In this document: positions 1 through 10,559 of the stretch, one piece after another
Numbering within the stretch: position 1 is the first letter of the stretch
Layout of the letters: each line of letters opens with the position of its first letter
DNA from: Mobula hypostoma
Lineage: Eukaryota
Length of the DNA stretch: 64,000 bases
NCBI RefSeq assembly: GCF_963921235.1
Contig: NC_086097.1
Span: 70,744,001 to 70,808,000, forward strand
Direction of reading: 5' to 3'
Program-made: the position numbers and the translations under genes
The notes under the pieces: model-generated
Seen by the model: only the letters and a program-made list of their open reading frames with translations
Told to the model about the DNA's origin: nothing
Databases searched by the model: none

Positions 1-155
1 AATTTCTGTCATCTCATGTTCTTCTGTTGCTATCTTTGCCCATTGATCTGCACTGTCATTCCCTTTCTGCATCTTACTTTCCTCTTTCTGGTGTTTCTTT
101 ACTTTAATTGCTGCTACCTCTGCAGGCAGCTGCACTACTTCTTTCAGCTCTTTAC
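1..155 (-). pseudogene. pol: ERV RNase H C-terminal part (pol remnant)
   Basis: ELKEVVQLPAEVAAIKVKKHQKEESKMQKGNDSADQWAK fits the class I RNase H pattern LP..V.IIH..GHQK.......GN..AD.AAK. Confidence 0.8.
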
Positions 156-294
156 TGTGTTTGGCCCTGACCCTTGGGACCTTCCGACATGATTCATGAT
201 CATCGTTCCATTTCCTACCCTGCTTGGGCCTGCTATCTCTCTGTAGGCCACGTTGTCTAGTCTGTGGATCATAGATGTTCCCTGGTCCTGTCTT

Positions 295-633
295 GTCTAT
301 GTTATTTCTCCTTTTCCTAAATCTATGATAGCACCTGCCTTACTTTGTGTATTTATCCCCAGGTTAGAGCTCTCATTGTTTGGACACACCCAAAAATCTG
401 CAAGCACCTGCACTCCCTCTAACTCAAGAAACTGAGGCTCACTCCTCTGCCCTCAAAATTTCACCTCCTACATTGGTAACGTAAACCTCCTCCCCAGTCA
501 TGAGCAAGGGTAGATTGGTTATCAATACTAATGACCCTGTGTTCGCTAACACTACACATTGCTGGCCTCCCAATAAACTTCTTGTGTACATCCGTGGATG
601 ACCACCATTGGCAATAGAGACTGCTGCTGCCAT
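295..633 (-). pseudogene. pro: ERV aspartic protease remnant
   Basis: GHPRMYTRSLLGGQQCVVLANTGS resembles gammaretroviral [21 protein letters not shown]. After a frameshift, FWVCPNNESSNLGINTQSKAGAII resembles the LLGRD..K.GA.I region. Confidence 0.8.
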
Positions 634-1450
634 TAGTCTGACCTGGATGCTAACCTTACCGCCTCCATAATCGGGTCAGCAGGCAAATCAGAAAGAGTGA
701 GCACTGCTGTGGATTCTGCCCACTTTGGTGAGTGATTCTCACACCTTCCCCCCCTTATTAGCCATTGTGTCCAGCCAAGAGCTGAGAGGACACAGCTGGA
801 ACTAATAATCTCCTTTACCCTCCCACGTCTATTCCAGCATTTCCTTGCTACGTGCCCCAGTTGCTGCCACACAAAGCGAGTCCTCTGTGACTTCACATAC
901 ACTACAGCAGCTTTACGACTTCTCTGCCCCCTCTTCTGGTCCATCTCCCCGGACCATGATGCTATTGTGGGGTAGATCAATCCCACTGCTATTTCCAAAT
1001 GGATAACTTTCTGGTGGGCTGACGTCAGGCCTTGTTCAGCTTTTTCAGGACAATCCCTCACTGGATTGTCCAGCCCTGAGTATTCCTCATATTCTCGATA
1101 TTTGCACTCTGCAAAATCCATGGCAGGTCCATCAGCTCTCTGAACCACTGACATTATGGTTCCCCAGTTACTCTCACCTCACTTCCCCATTAAAGAAGCA
1201 ATATCTCTCTTCAGTGCTGGCATTCCCGGAAGTTGTTCATGCACCATCCTGCCCTCCCTGGGAAATACTGTCCCACATGTTCACCGAGCACATTGCTTTT
1301 ACCAGCACATGTGTATTTTTGGGGTGCATCTGATGAATTTCAATCGTTTGCTCGAGCTTGCGCCAGAACTTTGTATTCCTGGAGGCAACATTAAGTGAGG
1401 GTAGCTCTGACAAATTGCTCTGTTTCTCCCCAGTGGTGAAGGGTTTATAG
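633..1450 (-). pseudogene. gag: ERV gag remnant (capsid + nucleocapsid)
   Basis: YKPFTTGEK..LSELP...KFWRKLEQTIEIHQMHPK (CA N-terminus-like). SNWGTIMSVVQRADGPAMDFAE..REYEEYSGLDNP (major-homology-region-like). RFVWQQLGHVARKC (degenerate CX2CX4HX4C). Contains stops and frameshifts. Confidence 0.8.
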
Positions 1451-1451
1451 A

Positions 1452-2545
1452 ATTCATTTTTCTGAATTCCATGAATATAGGCCCAGAACCATCAAACGCC
1501 GTTCATATGACAAGCTATCCAATCCTGGAATCATTTTTGTGAACCTTCTTTAAACCCTCTCCAGTTTCAGCACATCCTTTCAAAGATAAGGGGCCCAAAA
1601 CTGCTCACAATACTCCAAGGGAGGCCTCACCTGTGCTTTATAAAGACTCAGCATTACATCCTTGCTTTTATATTCTAGTCCTCTTGAAATGAAAGCTGTC
1701 ATCGTATTTACCTTCCTCACCACAGTCTCAACCTGCAAATGAACTTTCAGGGAATCCTGCACAAGGACTCCCAAATCCCTTTGCTCCTATGTTTTTTTGT
1801 ATTTTCTCTTCATTTAGAAAATAGACAGCCCTTCCATTTCTTCTACCAAAGTGTATTCCCAACACTGTATTCAATCTGCAAACTTTGCAACAAAGCCATC
1901 AATTCCATCATCTAAATCATTGACAAATAATATAAAAAGAATTGGCCCCAACACAGGTGCCTGTGAAACACCACTAGTCACCGGCAACCAACCAGAAAAA
2001 TCTCCCTTTATTCCCACTCTTTGCCTCCTGTCAATCAGCCAATGCTTTATCCATGCCAGAATCTTTCCTGTGATACCGTGGGCTCGTAGCTTGTTAAGCT
2101 GCCTGATGTGTGGCAACTTGTCAAAGGCCTTCTGAAAATCCAGGTACACAACCTCAACCGATTCTGCTTTGTCTATCCTGCTTGTTATTTCCTCAAAGAA
2201 TTCCAACAGATTTGTCAGGCAGGATCTTTCCTTGAGGAAACCATGCTGACTATTTTATCATGTGCCTCCAAGTATCCCGCTTAACAATCGACTCCAACAC
2301 CTTTCCAACCGCTGAGGTCAGACTAACTGGCCTGTAGTTTTCTTTCTGCTGCCTCTCTCCCTTCTTGAAGTGTGGAGTGACATTTTCCATTCTTCCAGAA
2401 CCAATCCAGAATCTAGTTATTATTGAAAGATCATTATTAACACATCCGCAATATCTTCATCTACCTTTTTCAGAACCTTGGTGTGTATACCATATCTGGT
2501 GCAGGTAATTTATCTACCTTCAGACCTTTCAGTTTCACAAGAACT
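1452..2545 (-). mobile_element. CR1 LINE fragment (RT region) inside the ERV
   Basis: ORFs 1871-2206 (VYLDFQKAFD...GVSQAPVLGP...KFAD) and 1580-1774 (RPPLEYCEQFWAPYL). The CR1 3' tail is missing. Confidence 0.92.
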
Positions 2546-2998
2546 ATGCAAAATATAAACAATAGATAAAAATTAACCAGTACATACTTAAAACTACAGA
2601 GTATGTAGTCTGCAATCTGCCACTTGTGTGTGTCTGAACTCATAATGTCTATTTGCATTTAAAGCTGTTACCCTAAGGTTACAGACGTATTCGTAAAACA
2701 CAAGCACACTCGCAAATGAGCCTGCTACTATACAGCTCAGCTCCCCTGAACAGGTATGCATGCACCCCACTTATATCCTGAATGGGCAGTAACCACCTCT
2801 TGCAAGTGATGGCCCTTTTTCACCAAGTTATCTGAAAATGTCTGGTCTCTTACACAAAAACACATGCATGCACACACATACACACACCACACTATTTTTA
2901 TATCTACCAGTTCAGCTCTGTGCCGCATTCATGATACCCCCGTGATCCCATGATCATTAATTTTAACAGATCTAAGTATGGGTGCTGATTTTAAAAAT

Positions 2999-3004
2999 AC
3001 TCAC
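2999..3004 (-). promoter_or_regulatory. Putative retroviral major splice donor
   Basis: GCGG|GTGAGT about 50 nt downstream of the PBS, where simple retroviruses place the donor for env mRNA. Confidence 0.5.
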
Positions 3005-3052
3005 CCGCTGAGACTTCTAAGATCACTGGCTACACAATGGGTCACGAGCATT

Positions 3053-3070
3053 ATCCTGGACGAGTCCGCA
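3053..3070 (-). promoter_or_regulatory. Primer binding site, tRNA-Pro-like
   Basis: Minus strand TGCGGACTCGTCCAGGAT matches the canonical PBS-Pro TGGGGGCTCGTCCGGGAT at 15/18 positions, immediately 3' of the LTR end. Confidence 0.85.
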
Positions 3071-3072
3071 AA

Positions 3073-3622
3073 TGTTGTGACCGTCAACGAGAGCCATGCA
3101 GCTTGTAGTGTAGAAGTTTTTATTCAGCACACACAAGCTGACAACATTTGGAGTCACTCTGGATAAAGGCACCCTGACGCAATAATACATCACATTTTTC
3201 TATGTTAAAGATTAAAGGTAACAACAGGACAATTTTATAGTTACAATGCATTCATAATGCTCTTTTCAATTAAGTATAATTTTCAGATACCTAGACTTAC
3301 ACACCAACACTCCAGACACCATAAATTGAATGTTAATTACCACTGTCTCTTTGAGTAGCATTCATCCATATGCAGACACTTTCAGGTCGATGGGATGTTT
3401 CACTGTTTCCTGGTTTGCAGTCGACCCCAGTATACAGATCCAGGAAGACTTTTGCTCTAAGCTGCATTTTAAATTCAATCTACAATCCATATTCAGATCT
3501 GAAGACCTTTTGTTATTGAAATTAATGTTTGCTATATTCCAGAACTCCAGAATACGCCCTAACAGAGGGGAGTTTACGGATGTGAACAAACTGATGAAAG
3601 GTCAAAATAGTATAAGCTAACA
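3073..3622 (-). repeat. 5' LTR of the ERV (~550 bp)
   Basis: Minus strand starts TGTTAGC (3622) and ends CACAACA (3073). AATAAA at 3119-3124 (minus), about 45 nt before the LTR end. Followed after 2 nt by the PBS. Confidence 0.8.
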
Positions 3623-4657
3623 GCATGCATCAGGTCAAACTCTCTTTCTGGAATAAACATAAATGTCAACAGTTCATGAATGGGCTAGTGGTAAGAAGTG
3701 GATGTGTTACAAATGAACAGCACTTTTTTAAAAAAAGGCAGAATATGATAGGAGATGGTGAGAAAACAGAAGTAAAGATGTAAATAAACCAGAATAGGCA
3801 TAAGGAAAGAAAAAGTCCACATAGGTAAATTTACCTTTTAGATAAATCAGCAATCAACATTGATTATCAATCTTGGAATTCTGTGGTAGCATATTTTGCC
3901 TTCATGATATCATTTGTTACTTTGTATTATTTGTTTCAAAGAATGTTTTTGATGCAAAAACACTTTTCCTTTATGTAGCTACTCAGTATCAAAGTCAGTA
4001 TACTAGATCTGTGCAGTGTTGCTATTGCAAGGGTTTTATGTCTATGTATAGGCACACACTGCACGGGCATGCTCAATCTGAAATATAGGCAGAGGGCAAT
4101 GCACACACAAATTGAGAAACGCTTGAAAGTTACAATGTGTGCAAATGAAGGCAAATTTTGGTCTAACATCAATCCCACCTGAGATTGGCAAAAAACATTA
4201 CCCTTTTCTACACTTGCTTCTGGCTCTGGAAAAGATAACCACCTTTCAGTAAGATTTATATTGCAATTCCACTCATGCACTGATTTTTCAGCTACAACTA
4301 TGTGCAGAAAATCCATAGATAAGTTATCAAATTAGTCAAAAAGAGGAAGATCTTTTAAGCAGTGTTTAGGTAGGAACTTACACTGATATTCTTAGCTTTA
4401 TGGGACAAAACATTGTTCCAGATTTTACATTTTCAGTAAATACCTAATATGCTTTTAGCTTTGTTGTTCATTTGTTGTCATTAAGGCAAGGGATGACCTT
4501 TTCCATAAAACACCAAAATGCATCATTCCACTCCACTTTGACAGTGGGCAACGAACCTAAATCAGTTGCTGCACAGTCATACCTTACAGGATTTAAGTTG
4601 CATTTTATTTTTATGATTTATTTGGTATATAATGATCCCACACACTTTCAGTTTTAG

Positions 4658-4759
4658 TAAGTCCTGATGAAGGGTTTCAGCCCCAAACGTTGACTGTTTA
4701 TTCATTTCCATAGATGCTGCCTGACCTGCTGATTTCCTCCAGCATTTTGTGTGTGTTGC
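4658..4759 (+). mobile_element. Penelope pLTR-derived micro-element with a decayed hammerhead
   Basis: AGTC CTGATGA AGGGTTTCAGCCC CAAACGTTGACTG (GAAA mutated to CAAA). Perfect 11-bp TSD TTCAGTTTTAG at 4647-4657 and 4760-4770. Confidence 0.85.
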
Positions 4760-6364
4760 TTCAGTTTTAGCAAATTTAGTGATTTTGTTAAAAGGCATGT
4801 TGCGTTGTATATACTGTATATGTAAATGTGAAAAGTTGAAGCAGTTGTATGCAGTGACTTGATTATTATGTTGAGGTGGCCATCTCCAAATTAAGACATT
4901 CATTAAAAATTTAAAACTAGCAGAGAAAAGGAAATACCAATGTCATCTATCGTCATAAGCATAAATACATGTATGCACAGGTGCAATGAAAAAAGTACTT
5001 GCAGCAGCATCACAGGAGCATAGCATTAGTTAAGCAGCAGTTACAAGAAAAGACAAATCAAACTTAATTGTACACTTCTTTTACAAACAAAGAACACAAT
5101 TAGGACAACAAAACTAGGTCATTGTAAAACACAGGGCTGCAAAGTTTTCACCTTTATGGCGTTGATTATGTTTTCAGTCTTTATTTTGCTTTTATCAATA
5201 CATTTGAAAGGGGAGTTCAGCAGGAAGAAGCTGATCCTGAATTACTTCTTGTTCCCCTTGCCCTTTATCCCTGAGGAGCCCTACCCTGTGCATCAGTGAG
5301 GAATTGGAGCCTACAAAAGTTGCAGAAGGACGTTCCTCCATCATCTCCACCTTTGCAGCTTCCTTTTTCTTATTTCCACTATCAGCCTGTGAGCTCACCC
5401 ATGGTTGAATGAGGAAGGTACCAGTGGTGTCTCCAGGATACTAAAAATGAGATGGGAACTTGGTGAAGCACCAATAAAGAACACTTTGAACATGCATAGA
5501 TAAACTAGAGATAGCTGAATAAAACAACACATGTTATATTGGAATTTTGAATTCTTGCTACATCCTGTTATGACTGGTGGTGGAGAGATTAACAGCCAAC
5601 AGGAGGAGTAGACATCATGAACACCCCAACCATCTGTGATGATGGAATCAAATACAAGCACATATAAGGTTAACGTGTTTCTGCTCAAATCTATTATCAA
5701 TCTTCATCTTTTGGAATCTGCCTGAGATAGCTTCTGTGACAGAGGTAAATAATAAAGTAATTTGATTTATTCCACATGACAACAAGTGATTAAGGACATC
5801 TGAATGGTTTTGTGCTCCAGAAGTGGCTGTACCTCCTGCTAAATTTGCCTTCCATCGCAGCATTGTGCAGATTAGTGTCCAGTTTCTGGAGTCGGAAGAA
5901 CTGTCCTTCCATTCACTACCAACATTTTCAGAGGCAACACTTTTTATACGAGCTGCTCAGATGGATTGGATGCAAAAAGACGGGGAGCTCTGAATAACAT
6001 TTCCACCATTATAAAAATCATCTGATATGCAAACCCTGAGACCTTGCCCTTTGAGCTGGGCTACAACAAAAAAAAAACAACTAATTGAAGATGTTTGAGA
6101 ACACATTTACCACTCAATTTCTTGAATCAGTGACCATGTTTGTATATCTCAAGTTCCTTCCTAAGCTGCCAGGATTCCTGAGCAGAGGAAGTAGCTTTGC
6201 TGTATTTAACCAATTGATTTGCTTCCAGGATTGAAGAGACATTGACAAGATCATCTCTGTAGTATATAATGTCCATAGAAGTATAAAAACAACTAATGTA
6301 ACTTATCCAAAATTTGAAACTATAAGCTTTGGTGTAAATCTGGGTAGTCTAGCCAGAATTAAGC

Positions 6365-6580
6365 ATAGTCCCGAGTTCGAATCCAGCCGGCTCCCCTGCA
6401 CGCTGGGTTCCATCTGTGCTGGGTTAGGAGCTGGTGATCTCTTTGGAAACTCACCCGGCAGAAGGCAATGGCAAACCACTGCTGCAACTTGGCTCGTACG
6501 CAGTTCCCCACTCTGTCAGAGGCGTGGAGGGAAATCGTCTGCTAACCGGAGAAACTCTGGATGCCACGTACCTTTCCTTC
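6365..6580 (+). mobile_element. tRNA-derived SINE with an RTE-like segment, 5'-truncated
   Basis: B-box-like GAGTTCGAATCC (6373-6384). GAAGGCAATGGCAAACCACT resembles RTE-associated SINE segments. CTTTCCTTCC tail. Confidence 0.65.
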
Positions 6581-6789
6581 CTTATTATTTTTATTTCATT
6601 TATCATTATTTTTTTCTATATTATGTATTGCATTGCTCTGCTGCCGCTAAGTTAACAAATTTCACGTCACATGCTGGTGATAATAAACCTCATTCTGAGG
6701 GAGACTAATTTTAAATTAGTTTTCTTTAATTGCCTTTTGTCCTGGTCAGCTAACATTTATTGAATTTTAAACTGCTTTACTCTTCCTGG

Positions 6790-7250
6790 GAGGAAAGGGT
6801 AGTCTTTTGTGGAAGAATTCAATAAATGAGGCTTTTGTGCTATGGTGTTTATAAGAATAAGAAATGATCTTAATGAGACAAACAATATTTTGAATTGCTT
6901 GACAGGATGGCTATTGTGAAGATAGGCTCTTGGTTTCAGAATCTGAAACTTGGCGGTATTGCCTCACATTAAAGAGATGTACATTTAAGACTGAGTTGAA
7001 GAAGTTCTTCTGAGGCCTGGGATTCCTTGGAATTTTGCTATTTCAGAACAGTGGAGGCAATCATTATGCACCTTGTCGGCTGAGAGCTTTTTGGACAACA
7101 TGGAATTGATGGTGTGTGGGGGGCGGGGGGGGGGACAGAGGAGTTACCCGGGAATGTGGGGCTGAAGCTGTTAATCAGAGCAGCCATTCATTGAATGGTG
7201 GCAGAGACTTAAGAGACCTTATCAATACTCCTACTCTTCTTATTTTTCTA
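6790..7250 (+). mobile_element. Old CR1 LINE 3' fragment
   Basis: Degenerate match to the 3' end of the CR1 at 16960-17430 (AGAATAAGAAATGATCT...TTGAATGGTGG...TACTCCT). Confidence 0.7.
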
Positions 7251-9771
7251 CCCCTCACTCTTAAAATATATTCTTAGACTAAAAATAGTCAGTTGATTAC
7301 AGCATTATAACTAATATGAATCATCTAAAATTTCGTTTATCATGTATTTCAACAGAGACTGTACATATGGCAGTTGCTGCCGAACAAGCTGAAATTCTGC
7401 AGTGCGTTAATTTTTAAGGTTTTACACAAGCTTTCATTTAAAGAAAATCCCTGACAAAACAATGTGTCCGTGGAAGATGAATTAGAACCTGATAGAAATA
7501 ATTATGTTCTGAACTGTAGTCAGAAATAATAGTTCCATCTCAGTGAACTGAAAATCATCTTCAACAGGTAACATCCAAACCCAGATTGTGAGGCCACATT
7601 GTTTTAAAACCATACCAGGGCAGAAAGTGTCTCCATCCGTCTCTGTTGCCAGGGGTTCTTTCATAAGGTGTTCAGCCTCTGCATTTCAGTCCCATTAAAC
7701 TGAAATATCATCTGCTAGCCTTCTAGTTCGGGACATTGCATGAATTGTATTTCAAACTTGCTATGAGAAATCTCCGGAGGATCTCAAAGTCTGATATTGA
7801 CAATAGTATTTGCAAGCCAGTCTGAGATTTATATTAACAATACTCAGTGGAGTTTAAATATTAATTTCTGGCATGTTCAAAGGAATATTACTACACATGG
7901 GCACGTCTTTTACATTCAAAGGTATTCAGTTTCTGTCATGTAGCCACAATGCTTTGAAGCTAGATAATTAACTTGTCGATTATCAGATCACAGCACCTGG
8001 TAAGGTTGGTCAGAATGACAGGGGATGATGGAGTCATTTTGCAATTCATCTGTGAGAGTATAAAATTGTCACAAAGATGGTTCAGAAATCTTTGAAGCTG
8101 GAATTGGTTGGAAAAATTTATGCTTGCATCTCTGGGTATCAACTCCCTTAGCTTCCGTTAAGGCTGTTGGTACCTTTGTTAGGTAACTGGTTATGCTAAA
8201 TGCCTTCTCTATTTTATCATCCACCCTGTTCCAAAAAAAAAGTTCCTAGAGTAAATCAAAGACGTTCTTAAAATTAAAGAAGATTTCAAAAGGCAAATGG
8301 AAGTGATTAGATTTTGCCTTGGCAGTGATAGTCATTCCCTGTTGCATGGCTGGGATGTTTCCTGCTATCCAACATCTGCTGAAGGGGGACATGGGCTGCT
8401 TTAATATTAGAGCCAGTATGAATAGCAATGAACATTTTTGGAACTATCAGCAAATAGGTCCACACTGGAATTTCTGTTAGTCAGAAGGTTAATGAAGGAA
8501 CTCTAGATGACTGGGCAGATGGTAATCCTTGTCAAACCCTTTCAGGAATACTCTTCAACAGGGATGGCCACGTACCTTTCTGGCAGTAATTATTCTTTTT
8601 TGGATGACCTCCTCTATTTCTTCAAGGTCTTTTGATGCTGTTTCTTGGGTGACATGTTGCCCTGATTCTGAAGGCAGTTTTGCTCACTTCTGTAAGGATG
8701 CTCCCATAACTATTAAAGGATTGGAAACCTCAGCACTAGCCAGAGGCTATCTTTCAGAACCATATGTGTTCGCCGATTGGGTTCATAGTCACTGGAATCT
8801 ATGGGAACTGACGTTGGAGGTTCTTCAATGTACCTCGGTGACAATGTGAACATTTCAATACAGTGTAATCTTGGTGAACTTGAAGAACTTTGCAGTGGAG
8901 TTGTTCGATTTGACAAGAAAGTAAATTAATTGTTCATGTGTGTTCATTGTTTTGTAAATAAGTATTTTCAATTAAACAGAGAGATTTACATTATTTTATT
9001 TACTGCCAAGCTAAGTAGAAGCAGATGATAGATTCTACCCTATTGATACTTGCAGTGTTGATTTAATGTGACTACTAAATTTAGAGCATTTTGTAGAGCA
9101 ATTTTGTTTTAAATGACTTAAGGTCTCATCTAGTGATGCTGCTGTGAAGAATGCTTTTACTGTAGCTTTTGCCAAGCATAAAAGTGTATCCAGAATAAAA
9201 AGAGATTTAAGCTGCCATTCGAAACCTTTCTTTATTCTTTACGTAATAATCATTCTTTACATATGAGCCATCTCCTCAGGCCTGTGTTTTAGTTTTCATG
9301 AGGCTGTAAAATTCTTCCCATATCAGGCAACTGATGTCCAGATGATATCCTCCTCAGCCAGCTCCTTCATCCAGAAATATGTTGTGAAGGAAAATTAAAA
9401 CCTGACCCTCCACAGTCTAAAAATCAGCTGAGACAAGTTTGTTTTTTGATGCTTAGTTGGATCCAACCATTGCCAATCAGAGCCCTGTCCCAGATACATA
9501 GCATAGCACGCAAAGCTCTGCATGCTCCCCACTAACATGGAACAATGCATTTACTTATAAAGAACTTCTCATGCAAACATAGTTCTGAATATCAGTGTAT
9601 TTTTTTATGTATTAAGAACCAGCCCAATCTCGCCTGATGAAAACTGAACAAGACTGAGCTCAACAATTAATCAGGTGCTGTGGCTCTGGGTTGGGAATTG
9701 GGTTTTGTCTTCCACTTGTGTTAGCAGTATGTCTCAGATGGACCCCACGGAAGAACCATGCAGCCTTCTAA

Positions 9772-9985
9772 GACACAAGAGATTCTGGAGATGGTGGACA
9801 TCTTGAGAAGCACACACAACATGCTGGAGGAACTCAGCAGGACAGGCAGCATTTTTGGAGGACAGTAAACAGTAGACATATCGGGCTGGGAGTCTTCATC
9901 ATCTTGGCCTGAAATGCAAGTTGTTCATTTTCCTCCACTGATGCTGCCTGACTTGTTCAGTTTCTCCTGCATTTTCTATGTGATA
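9772..9985. mobile_element. Palindromic (head-to-head) Penelope pLTR-derived element
   Basis: Left arm (ATGCTGGAGGAACTCAGCAGGACAGGCAGCAT) is inverted relative to the right arm (ATGCTGCCTGACTTGTTCAGTTTCTCCTGCAT). TSD CAGCCTTCTAA/CAGCCCTCTAA at 9761-9771 and 9986-9996. Confidence 0.75.
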
Positions 9986-10559
9986 CAGCCCTCTAAAGAA
10001 GCCCACAATCTAATGAAGACACTCTCAGGTTTGGACAGTTCTGTGTTTAATGGTATTAACTCTGCACAAATTTATTACATAAAGAATACTTAACCTAAGA
10101 GCCAGAATAAACTTGCATCTCACAAGTCTGCTGTCTAGCTCGTTGAAACTTCATGCTTGTCCTTCCTCTGTTTCTTTTTTCAAAGTTCAAAATAGACTTT
10201 TTATCAAAGTACATAAGTTACTATATACTATCTTAAAATTAATTTTATTTAAGACTTCACAGAAAAAAGAAATGCAATAGAATTTTATGAAAACTATAAA
10301 GTACATAACAGACAGAGAAAGTGAAATCTGTAGAATCAGTTCAGAATTGTGGTGAATGAAGTTATCCACTCCTGTTCAAGGGCTTGATGGTTGGAGTACA
10401 ATAACTGTGACTGAACCTTGTGGTCTGGGACTGAACACTTCTGTACCTCTTGCTTGGTGGCAGCAGCAAGAAGCGGGCATGGCCTGGATTATAAAAATAT
10501 TGTTACAATCTACAATTCCCATGTGGCAATATTCCCTGTAATTTATCAGTTTAACTTAA

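Larger units (their letters stand above)
1..3622 (-). mobile_element. Endogenous retrovirus, class I (gamma/epsilon-like), defective; continues beyond the left window edge
   Basis: On the minus strand, in order: LTR with TGTT...AACA ends, tRNA-Pro-like PBS, splice donor, Gag CA/MHR/zinc knuckle, aspartic protease, RNase H C-terminus. Interrupted by a CR1 fragment. Confidence 0.88.
3623..8925 (+). pseudogene. L: Endogenous viral element: decayed Mononegavirales (paramyxovirus-like) L polymerase gene, RdRp motif B to MTase/C-terminus, interrupted by several TEs
   Basis: Ordered motif remnants across frameshifts and stops: FMNGL/KKWM (3673-3704, GIEG.CQKLWT-like); MIGDGE (GDG at 3751-3759, QGDNQ position); LEFCGSIFCLHDIICYFVLFVSKNVFDAKTL (3873-3965, G..LK..ETII....F.YSK..YDG..L-like, ~44 codons after GD); LTSIPPEIG (4163-4189); CAENP (4301-4315); FSYFHYQP (5365-5388); RKVP (5412-5423); HL/DDGI (5633-5650); SNLIY (5756-5770, 42 codons after the His); EWFCAP..FAFH (5802-5855); GNTF...DGLD (from 5933); RFCLGSDSH...TSAEGGHG (8309-8395); VILVKPF (8522-8542). 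Confidence 0.68.

Noticed and set aside
8300..8830. Resemblance to the C-terminal MTase-like domain of the host cap methyltransferase CMTR2 (SLLH, EL..G..IL)
   Set aside because: The similarity is local only. The upstream sequence follows the Mononegavirales L motif order, not CMTR2, so a shared MTase fold is the simpler explanation.
8900..8980. Possible viral gene-end or polyadenylation signal after the L-like region
   Set aside because: No clear TAAGAAAAA-type gene-end signal or poly(A) tract; the 3' boundary of the EVE cannot be fixed by eye.
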